From Lama glama (taxonomy: Eukaryota): 64,000 bases of DNA. The notes under the pieces were generated by a model that did not search any database, had not been told where the DNA came from, and saw only the letters and a list, made by a program, of their open reading frames with translations. Shown here in pieces: positions 12,753-23,482 of this stretch (its first letter is position 1; each line of letters starts with the position of its first letter). The position numbers and the translations under genes are program-made. Where the stretch lies: contig CM052816.1 in NCBI GenBank assembly GCA_028534125.1, forward strand, positions 87,484,001 to 87,548,000, read 5' to 3'.

Positions 12753-15700
12753 TACTTCTGTAATTGGATTGGCATATAAAAGTTTTACACTCGTTTCGTT
12801 GTATGTTTCTGTTTTCACTATTCAGAAATACTTTTTTTGTTTTCTCCTAAAATACGTGTTTATAAAATGATAATTATATTCTTAAATGTAACATTTGTTC
12901 AGGAAAAAAAATGAGAAATGGCTATGGACACAGATTATAAGTGGTATTATGGGTCTCAGAGTTTATTCTTGAATGTAAGAGAAAATAAATTTCTTAAGTT
13001 CAAAATATAGTAACTATATTTCATTGTCAAAAATAGGTAGGTTCCAAGGTAATTCAGTTTTTTCATTTTTAAACATTAAATCTGCAATCTTTTTTAGTGA
13101 AAGTGATTGTAAAATAAATTTACACACAAAAATTCTCTTAAACCAAACCTTCGTAACTATGTTTTTCCCTTGACATTTGAGCTTTTGTTTTAATTTTGAT
13201 TTCTACCTTAAAAAAATATATGTACATATATGTGGTATAATGAATACTAATATGTAATTTTCTTTATTTAAGACAAAGGCACACTAGAATTGGTAAATGA
13301 ATTGAGTAATTTGAAAACAGTTGAATGTGAAAACTTTTATTATTCTTCTTGTAGATTTGAGAAAATCTATTAGAACTAGGAATGAGTGAAGCTATTACTG
13401 TACTAAAATTAAAACCATAGTACTCTGACATAGAGCATAATGTGAATTTGTAACTTACTACTTTCTTGTTATGCCCTCAAAGTAATACGCCTTTTAGTAT
13501 TGTTGTGGAAGTTCATGGTTTTATTCCATTTGAATTTATATTTTTTAATATGTTAGCACATTTATGGTATAATAATGCATAGCTTTTAAATAAGTGATGA
13601 AACTTTTAAATAACGTCTCCTTATAGCTGGACATTTTTGCGTATTTGTCATGATTTACGAGATTACCATTCTCTAAAATGTCTGCAAGCTGTAGGTGCTA
13701 TGTCTTTCACAATAGCAAAATTTCTCTGATATGGATCTACTTTATCAACTTTATCAACATGTCAGGGCGGAGTGGCAGAGGGAAGTGTTGCTCTTTATCT
13801 TCACTGGTTCAGTTATTTAGAGGTAACAGTCTCAAAGTAGCTGGATCAAGTCTGAGAATAGCCATCTTGCTCATGGCTGAACCAGACATTGTCAATATGG
13901 CTGCATTTAAAGTGTAAGAAAATATTTTTCCCCCTGAAATTTCCTAAGGCAGGTGTCTGTAACCACAGGACACAACAATAAATCAAACTGGAGCAAAGCA
14001 AGTGATAGGCAAAGTAGACTGATACCACTGATCTTGTTTAGTGTTATGTCTGCTCTTCTCAAAAGTCCTTAGGGTCATAACCACAGGATCTACTGATAGA
14101 CCTTGAACTGGGACCTCTCTGTGTCTGTTGTCTGTAGCTCTTTCCTAATCTGAGCAGTTTTCAGTTACTCAGGGTTTTACATTCTAACTTCGCTCTGAGT
14201 CTTCCTGTGGTTTTGCTCAATGTTTTATGTCCTTACCTCCAATCTCCGGACTCTCCAGAAACTGATTTTCTTCCCAGATGATCACAACCAGTGTCCATTG
14301 TACAATTTAACTCACTCCCCGAAGCATCTCATTTTATCTAGAACTGAACAATGCTTTCTAATAACTTTAAGCTGAATGTGGAAGGAGAAAATTAACATGA
14401 AAAAGAGTAAGATACATTAAATTACATTGTTATTTGGCATTTGGTATAATACTGAAATGGCTAAATGAATGCATGGATTCTGCATTATTTGGTTAAAAAT
14501 TTATTAAAAACATATAATCGAATCATCTGTATTATACCAAAAGTTCTAGGAGAGATTAGTTTTTTAAATAGTTATTATTTTTAAACATAAAGTATCATAT
14601 TTTAAAATGCCTGTGCTTAAGGTAAAATAAGTTTATTGCTAATTTTTTCCCTAGATATTTTAAATAGAGATATAGCTCTTTTTACATAATTCAAGCTCAT
14701 TCTCTTTGTATTATATTTCTAATTAAAATATTTTACTTTTCTTCTTTGTTTAGCTATGTCCTATTACCTGTTTTTTTCTTACTCAATAATTATTTATCAC
14801 GCTAATTTGGGAATTAATTATACTAATATTTTAATCAGTTAAATCAGTAGGTAAAAAAAATTGAAGAACAAATATTTCTATAATAAAACTAAATTGATCT
14901 TTTGAGTTTTATAATTATGTTCTGTGATGTAAAGATTTTTGTTTGATGTTGTTTTATTATTTATTTTCTAGCAAAAGATTAGGTAGATAGAGATCAAAGT
15001 ATAGAATTGATTTGTACATGACATCATTAATTTCCTGATATATCTTAAAATGAACACAAGGACATCAAGAGATTAGAAGAAATTTGTCTGTACCTAGAAT
15101 TAAACATGCGAGATAAAACATGCAGTGTTCGCTGGTAAAAGAAGATGTACAACACCTGCTGCTTTATTATGAAAAAGAATCAGTGAAAAGCTACTGGGAA
15201 ATAAAAGAAAATAGATTTAGCAAAACCTTGGGATGATTCTAAAATATTACTATGAGATGCTTTTGTCTTAACGTCTCCTGAAAGGAAGCAAAAGTGTAGT
15301 CTTAACTATATCTTATTCCACAGAGGTTGTATTACTAGAAGTCTCCCTAAATGATTATACTTTCTGAATTGAATTTCAAATAAAGCATTGCTTCTACTGA
15401 ATATGGGCTGTATTAACATTACCTTAAAGTTCTGTATTAAATGCACATGGCCCACATTCCCATATTAGTTGGAACAACTCTGCAGAGCTTTGAAAATTCT
15501 TCTTGTGAGTAAAAGGCTAATATGAACATAGCAAGATTATGTTGCTATGACAACTATGACTTCTCTATTTCTAGTCTTTCTTGCACTTAAACTTTCAGCC
15601 TTCAGGTTGTACTGCCGTTTTTCCTGCTAATCTACCTAATACATATGTGAAAATGCTGACTAAAGTATATGAAGGAAAATATTCATATAGTTTTTGAAAT

Positions 15701-16884
15701 ATTATCTCACAATGAAAAGAAACTTTAAAGTAAAAAAATGCTGACTCCAACAAAGTACTTTATGTCTAATAATGTCACAGTATATATATACATATATATA
15801 TATATAAAATGAACGTTAGTGAGTATGCTCTTTTGTTAAAAAATTGAGTCAGAAAAAACAAAAGCAACAGCAAAATTAAATATAATGATCTCTCTTGTAA
15901 ATACATTTTGCCAAATAATATAAGAAGGATTTTGTTGGATTCAGTCAATGGATCATCCCATCTCACTTGTAATATTAATATATTACATCTATATCTACAT
16001 ATTATGTAATTGACATAAATATCTCTTTCTGGAATAAATTCCATATATATATAAATTATGTTACTATTTCTTTGATAAAATATTATATCTAATCTCTACA
16101 ACCATGCTTTTAAGCAAAATTGTTCTAATTTCTAGACAAGGCATTCCATGTTCAGCAAGATTACATAATTTATATAATTATGTGAAATGATTAAAAGATA
16201 GTTAGGTAATGGAAAATCAGAATTTGAATCCACATATATTTTATAATTACCCTAAACTAATATTTGAACCAGAAACTTGGTCTAGTAGTCTGATATTAAT
16301 CTTTTAGAAATTACCTGATAACTTTTGGTATAGATGTTTCTTTAGATTGATTTTCAGTCTCTAAAAGAAGAAAAATCTACACTGAATCCCACACTCACAC
16401 ATGAATAATACATTCATTATCTCAAGTAAATTAAAGAAAATTTTCATCCATGGATTTTTTTTAAATTCACTGATATTTAATTCATTGACTTCTTACAGGT
16501 ATAGATAGATCAATTTCAATTTCTTTAGAAGTCCTAAAAAGATTAATTCTTTAGCATAACTTGTAAAGAGAAAATTTCTTTTCTCTAAAAAGACATGTGT
16601 GTGTTGTGTATTTATCTGTATAGAAGACTACTCCAAAAATATACATTCTATTTCCGGGAAATTTTAGGACTAAAACTGTGATTCAAAAACTAATCAAATG
16701 TGGGTCCATGATCCTACTTTAAGCAGCAGAGTTTTTCTATATAAATTCATATTTTACATATGTTTTTCCTTCCCATGCTTCTTAAATGTGACACATAAAT
16801 ATATTTCATGAAAATCTTATATATTTTTTTAACTAAAGCATTCTAACAGGTCACCTAGTATCAGTAAAAGGCTAATTAATCTAC

Positions 16885-17100
16885 TACCATTATTATGGTT
16901 ACACATTTATTGTGTGGCTACCACATGTCACACAGGATGATATTATGTTAAGTTAGCTGTGATAGGTGTCAGTATCACCTTTGACAGGTGAAGATTCTGG
17001 AATTCAAAAAAGATAACTAATTTCTCCAAAGGCACACAGTATGTAAACTGCAAATCTAGCAAGTTAGACACTGATATAACTGAGCCAAAGTCAATTTTTT
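16885..17100. mobile_element. MIR
   Basis: TATCACCTTTGACAGGTGAAGATTCTGGAATTCAAAAA...TTTCTCCAAAGGCACACAG. Confidence 0.65.
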
Positions 17101-17294
17101 CTATTAAGTTGAAGTGAATTTGTAAATGAGGCAGGAATAGTCAGCAAGGTGTAAGAATTAATGAATAGAAACCTTATTTAAAATGGAGTCAAGAGGAAGA
17201 GAGGCAAAGCCCTCACAGCCAAGAGTAACTTATCTAAAATCATAAAGAAATCCAGAGTCTGAGCTCACATGTAAGAAGTCAGAATAATGTTCCT

Positions 17295-17540
17295 TTGCCA
17301 GATGAGGCCCGGTATAATCATAAGTGTCCTTTAAAAAGTCAGAGAAGGAAATGTGAGGACAAAAATCACAGTGTTAGAGTAAGAAAGCTAATTAAAGATG
17401 CTAAATTTCTGGCTTTAAAGATGAGAGGAGGGACCATAAGCCAAGGAATGCAGGCTGCTTCTAGAAAGAATCAAGCATAAAAGGCAACCAAAAAGATTTT
17501 CCTCTAGAGCTTCCAGAAAGAACACAGCCTGACCAATATC
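17295..17540 (+). mobile_element. MLT1D-like MaLR LTR fragment
   Basis: GGCTTTAAAGATGAGAGGAGGGACCATAAGCCAAGGAATGCAGGCTGCTTCTAGAA...TTTTCCTCTAGAGCTTCCAGAAAGAACACAGCC. Confidence 0.85.
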
Positions 17541-17755
17541 TTTTTACTGAAAATTGAATTATAGTCAATTTACAATGTGTTAATTTCTGGTGTATAGCAT
17601 AGTGATTGCTTTATACGTATATATATGTTCTTTTTCATATTCTTTTTCATTAGAGGCCATTACAAGATATTGAGTATAGTTCCCTGTGCTGTACGGTAGG
17701 ACCTTATTGTTTATCTGTTTTATATATAGGAGTGTGTATCTGCAAATCCCAAACT
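17541..17755 (-). mobile_element. Short 5'-truncated L1 3' end (cetartiodactyl/camelid type)
   Basis: ATAGTCAATTTACAATGTGTTAATTTCTGGTGTATAGCATAGTGATT...ATAGTTCCCTGTGCTGTACGGTAGG; homologous to 27226-27450 and 42695-42906. Confidence 0.88.
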
Positions 17756-17799
17756 TATCACATCTAAATTAAATAAAAAACAACAACAAAACTTGTTCA

Positions 17800-17940
17800 A
17801 GGAGTTTGTAGTGTCATTGTCATTTAAATTTGAGGAAACTGAGAAACAGTGTACTTAAGAAACTTGTCTAAAATCACACAGCTAGTCAATCAAGAGTTAA
17901 GAATCACACTCAGTCAGTTTGTCTCCAGAGGGTTAACTTT
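17800..17940. mobile_element. MIR fragment
   Basis: TGAGGAAACTGAGAAACAG...ACTTGTCTAAAATCACACAGCTAGT. Confidence 0.75.
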
Positions 17941-19183
17941 TTATCTGTTCATTCATTGGCTGGAGATTGGGAGCCCATCGAGGTGTTGTCAAATGACCAT
18001 TCCAACACTCTCCCAGTCTTGGAGCCTGGGCAAAGCCCTTATTTCATCATAGGAGAGCAACTTGAATACACCTTTTCTGCAGCCTGGCCAATTCCATAAC
18101 AAGTGAAAAAGAAGCTGAAATAAGTGTTCCTTGGTTGTTTCTACCAATCTCACTGATCAAATAAAGTCACCCCTGTTCAGGAAGGAACCAGTGAAGCCAG
18201 ATGTGTTTCTCCACTAGAAAATACGAGAAGTTTGGAATGAATACTCCCTTAATTAGTAACACGAACACTTTATAACTTATTATTTGTGTTTCATGTTTGT
18301 GATTTTGATCCTGCTACACCACGTATTGTACATTTTCTAGACTTGGACTTATGAGGGAAGAAGAGAGGCTGATTCTACATAGAAAGGATGTGTAGTTCAT
18401 CAACTTAAAGTTTTATATTGGCAAAAATATGACATCATGGATGCATATAAATGAACCAACATGGTGTTCATAGACGTTAAAAGAGGAAAAAGTGGTGGGA
18501 GAAATGAATCACAACGTGACACACAGGATGAACTAAAAAAAAAAAAGATTCACAAAGAAAATGGCAATTTAGTTTCAATGAAAGATCACATTTCATATAA
18601 ATGTTTATTTTTGAATTGTACTGGTTTTGTACATGTTTCTTTCTGAAATATGCTTAGGATTATAAATATAGAAAAGCTAAAAATGAAGTTCATACCACAT
18701 TTTATTTCTGAAAATATAACATTGTCATAAAACTAAGCAAATGGTGGTGACAAATGATTTTTCTTTTCATTCATTCAGGAAAACTCTGTGAATCACTCAG
18801 ATAGGGGTAAGGTAATTTTAACCATAATTTGAAAGTTCTTTTAAGGCCAGCTCATGTTTAAAATTGTGTTAATTATCTAATACTGTTTCTTGAGAAGGAC
18901 AGCATCAATTATTTCTCAATGACTTTTGTTTTGCTGTAATACAACTGATGCACAAATAATTTCAGATAATTTTTTCATGATTGGTTAACTATTACAAAAC
19001 TATTTTATAAGTATTGTAAGTGTATAGAAGTGTAAGTATTATAAAGTATTATAAAGTTATTTTATGCTATACATGATGCACAACTTATTTCAAATTTTTT
19101 TTATGATTTGCTTAAGTGTTTGTTTTATAAAATTGAAACAAGTTTTGATTTATTTTCATCAGTGTTGAAAGACTACTTAAAAA

Positions 19184-20015
19184 CCGTTGGTTTCCTGGCG
19201 CTGCTGTACCAAAGTACCACAAAGTAGATGGCACAGAACCACAGCAATTTATTGTCTCACAGTTCTGTTGGCTAGAAGTCTGTGATCAGGGTGAAGGCTG
19301 GCTTGCTTCCTTCTGAGGGCTGTGATGGAGAATCTGTCCCATGACTCTCTACCAGCTTCTGGTGGTTTGATGCCAATCTTTGGCATTTCTTGGCTTGTAG
19401 AGCATTACCCTGATCTCTGTATTCATCTTCATTTAGCATCCTCAGAGTGAGAATGTCTGTGTTTAAATTTCTCCTTCATGCTAAATTAGGAACCAAACTA
19501 CTCCAGTATGATCTCATATTAACCAATTGCATCTGCAATAATCCTATTTTCTGATTTCTGTCATCACTAACACTAATGAAGTTAGAAATTTGTCATGGGC
19601 TGAGTTGTATCTGTTTCCAAATTCACATGTTGAAATTGTAACACACAGTACCTCAGAACTGAACTGTAATGGGAGACAGGGGCTTTAGAGTCAAATTAGC
19701 TGAAATGAGGTTATTATGGTAAGTCCTAAACTAGTATGATTTGTGTCCTTAAAAGGAGATCAGAACACAGACAAGTACAGAGGGAAGCTCATGTGAAGAC
19801 ACAAGGAGAAGATGGCCCTCTACAAGCCAAGAGAGTGGCCTCCAAAGAAACCATCCCTGGAAAATGCCTGGATTCCTTTCTTCTAGCCTCCAGAATCATG
19901 AGAAAAATGTCTTTCTGTTCCTTAAGCCACCAGGTCTGTGGTGCTATCGCAGCCCTAGTGAACTAATACAGACTTCAGCATATGATTTTTGGAGAAAACA
20001 ATTTGATCCATAACA
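19184..20015 (-). mobile_element. MLT1C-like MaLR LTR, interrupted at 19591-19970
   Basis: GCTGCTGTACCAAAGTACCACAAA...AATTTATTGTCTCACAGTTCTG...; resumes after the insert as GACTTCAGCATATG...ATCCATAACA. Confidence 0.85.
19591..19970 (+). mobile_element. MLT1B-like solo LTR, near full length
   Basis: TG...CA termini (TGTCATGGGCTGAGTTG...GCAGCCCTAGTGAACTAATACA); internal GAGAAGATGGCCCTCTACAAGCCAAG. Confidence 0.88.
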
Positions 20016-20179
20016 GAAGTTTACCTTGTCTCAGTTTTTTTTTTTCCATTCAATATTGTTACTTTATATTTAGTTGATTGTTTTTGATGTGCCTTTAATT
20101 ATGGTTAATACTACTTTCATGTTTAAAGCAATTCACCTATGGCATTTTAATTATGAGGAATATATTTTAGCAATGTTAT

Positions 20180-20480
20180 AATGGTGTGTGAAAAACTGAA
20201 AGATATTTAAATTAGAGAACAATTATTTTATTGCAAATTGGTCCAGAAAGAAAAAATAGAATGAATAATTACAATTCAGAAGTACATTTTAATTCAATAT
20301 AAAAAAAGACCTTTCAAGAATTAAACAGTCATCACAACATTGCCTATCACTTCCAGAAGTAAACTTGAAATGTTCAGAGATATTGATTATTTATTAATAA
20401 AGGATTTTGAAGAATACAGTTGAGGGTTTGCAGAAAGTTACAGTGGATTACCTCCATTTATTCTCCAACTCAAAGATTTC
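20180..20480 (+). mobile_element. CR1/L3 3' end relic
   Basis: TTCAATATAAAAAAAGACCTTTC and terminal TTCTCCAACTCAAAGATTTC resemble the L3 3' end; heavily diverged. Confidence 0.45.
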
Positions 20481-20758
20481 AGACTTTTGTCTTAAAATAA
20501 ATGAAAAAAATTGTATTTTAATTTTATATTTGATTTTCCAGTGGAACATTGAATTTTATATTTGACTTCCCATACGTAATGAAAAAGAGGTATTTAAGTT
20601 AGATAAACTTTTACAAAAATCTTAATATTTTAATGACAATAATACACTTACTAACTTTATAATCTGTAACATCCATATTTATTTTTTGGCTTTATTCCTA
20701 TATTTTAAATAGATACCTTTCAAATAGCACCTACATCTAGCCTGTGATAGCTCACAGA

Positions 20759-20934
20759 GCATTAATTCTCACTTGGTTTCATAATAAGATCACCTAGGTA
20801 GTTAATAAAAAAAAAATGATTCCTGGGTCTTATCTCCAAGGACTCTGATTAATTAATCAGATGAAGCCAGAGGTAGGGTTTTTGAAAAATACCTCCTAAG
20901 CATATTAAAGTGTGAGAACGTTTAAGAACCACAG
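20759..20934. mobile_element. MER5-like hAT-Charlie element
   Basis: GATCACCTAGG...ATGATTCCTGGGTCTTATCTCCAAGGACTCTGATTAA...TTTAAGAACCACAG. Confidence 0.7.
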
Positions 20935-21989
20935 TCTTAAAGGATGCTTTTGATGAAAATGAGGCAATAGAAGAAGAAAACTAAACAAATCTAGGTGAAG
21001 AAAGTAATTAAGGACACAGTTCAGGAGAAAGCAACTTCCCAATCCTTGGCAACAACATCTTTCTAATATTTTAATTGGGTAATGGCTAATAAAACTGATA
21101 AATTTAACTACAGATATACCAACAAGTTTTAATGGCTTGCTCTTCCTTCTGTGTTTCAATTTTGTCTGTGTCTGTGTTAGTGTATTTTTCCCCATAGGAA
21201 ATTATTTTTATGTGCATAAGGAAGCATTTATTTCAATTTTAATGGAAAACTTTTAAATAACCTAAATAATACGTCGCCGTTTCTATATTTGCTATTTTCC
21301 TGATGTTATTTTCCACTCTTCTAAACACCAATTGCTTAAACTTTAGAATTCCCAACTTTAAGACGAGCAAAGTATTTTGAACAGCTACATCTGTTCAAAT
21401 CTCACAGATGGCCTTTTGTGCTTTTTTCCTGAGTTCTTTATAATTATGTGTGACACTGTTCTTCTTTGAGAGTTGGTGTGAATGTACTGAAACATTGTAT
21501 TTCAACTTGAATTTAAACATGTTCAACAAGGTTTGCAGTAAGAGCTGTAATCTTTTCCTCTTTATACGTAGCTCCAGGGTAAGATTAATTTTTCTTACAT
21601 TGTCTGCTACTTACTGCTAAAGCATTTTTCTAAAAGCGTTGTCACAGATTGGCAGAAACAAATGTAGCTCACCAAAAACTCATCCCAGGGCAAGATAATT
21701 TGCCTCGTTTATGATAATAATTTTCTAAATATCTACTCCAGAGTTTTAAGAATTATCAAGGCTAAAGAAGAATAGAAAGTTTTGTTGTTCTTCTTTCTTT
21801 GCTTTTTATTAAAATGTCTAGTTATAACTGATGTTCATGATAAATATAGAGAGCATATAATAAAGTCCACTATTTCTAAAAATACATTTTCCTTAAGGAT
21901 TGAACATAGATGAATAAGCTGCTTTCCAGTTTATTTTTAAATATAAATACATCCTTCTAAAGTTTGAATTAATTAAAGAAACTAACATT

Positions 21990-22220
21990 CTAAAAACTGA
22001 CATTTACTATACAAGTTTTAGTGCTCTAAGTGACTTTGCATATCTTCATTCAATTCTCACAATAATCTAATATTTTAGGTGATATGATTATAAGTTAATA
22101 GATAAGAACACTGAGTCATAGAGAAATGATGAACTTTGCAGAAAGTTGTAGAGGAGCAAGAGAAACCTGGGATTTGAAACCAGTTAGCATATTCCACAAG
22201 CAGACATTCTGACCATGTCT
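21990..22220. mobile_element. MIR
   Basis: CATTCAATTCTCACAATAATC...GATAAGAACACTGAGTCATAGAGA...CTGGGATTTGAAACCAG. Confidence 0.75.
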
Positions 22221-22410
22221 GCTGGCCAAGTGAATAAAATTGGAAGGCAGACTTTTAAACACTGAATGAAAATATGACCAAGAGGATCTCTGCTTTTAGT
22301 AATGGCAGAGTAAGTATGTAAGCCAATGCTTCAGCTGAGGACAACCAGTACAACTTGAGAAATACTTAAAACAAAAAAAACAAAAAAACCTTCCTGAAGG
22401 CATTGATGAG

Positions 22411-22931
22411 TGTGGTAAAATAATAACCCCCAAGATGGGAGCTCTGATGCCTGAGTCAGTCAGTAAGATGCAGTATCACATCTGTGCATTTCTTAAGGGA
22501 ATTTTGCAGATATAATTAAGGTCACTAAAATGTTGACCTTAAAGTAGGGGAGATTATCTTGAATTATCCAGGTAGGACAATGTAATCAGATGAGCCCTTA
22601 AAAGCAGAAGCAGAACACACAGATACGTTCAACACAAAGAGAATTCACCTTGCCTTTGCTGGCTTGAAGTAGCAGGGAGCCACGTGGAAGGTATAATGGG
22701 GAAATGGCTCCTAAAAACAACCAGTAAGTTTGGAAAGAACTTTGAGGTTGAGGTGAGAACCACAGCCCTGCCAACACCTTGATTTGAGGTTTATGAGACC
22801 ACAGGGGAAAAAAATCTTGCCATGCTGTGCCCCAACTTGTGACTCACAGAAACTGGGAGAAAAATAAGTCTGTATTTTTAATACACTAACTGTGTGAGAA
22901 ATTGTTGTGACAGGAAGATGACATTAATCCA
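22411..22931 (+). mobile_element. MLT1E-like MaLR solo LTR
   Basis: TGTGG start; TTTTGCAGATATAATTAAGGTCACTAA...GGGAGATTATC; GCCCTGCCAACACCTTGATTT; ends TAATCCA. Confidence 0.85.
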
Positions 22932-23265
22932 GAGAGCTAACTCTACTGAGGAAATACTGGTCTAAAATTTAGAGAACCCAGCATTTAGGAATGCTTTTAC
23001 CTTGGGGGCATTTCCTAATTCAGCAGAAAATACTGGGAGTGCAAACAATGCAACACTGCTGTATATCTTAAGGAAAGCAAAAGTGGAACCTGGATCCCAC
23101 CATATTTGAGATGGTGGTAAAAATCTAAACTTCAGATGGGACTCGGAAGGACTATACCTCAGATTTAAGACTGAAATAAGTAAAGCAGTCATCATGTGCA
23201 TTCTAGCGTGACGTCAGTCAGTTTGGGAGTACCAATGGATTTCAGTCCCTGAAACTAAGTTAAGC

Positions 23266-23482
23266 CAGTGAATCTTAACTGGTAATGATTTTTCCTTCAA
23301 GGAACATTTGGTAGTGACGAGATATTTATGGTTGTCACAACCAGGGGAAGGCAGATGTTATTGGCTTCTAATGAGCAGAGACCAGGAAGGTTGCACAAGC
23401 CCCTACAATACATAATACAGTGTCCCTCAATAAATATTTATCTGTCCCCAAATGCCAATAACCTTACAGTTCATAAATTCTG
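23266..23482. mobile_element. MER20 hAT-Charlie element
   Basis: CAGTG...GAACATTTGG...GGTTGTCACAAC...GCAGAGACCAGG...TATCTGTCCCCAAATGCCAATA...CTG. Confidence 0.85.

Noticed and set aside
13766..13828. Possible 57-nt exon (GGVAEGSVALYLHWFSYLE) before GAG|GTAACA
   Set aside because: No real pyrimidine tract at the acceptor and no recognisable peptide.
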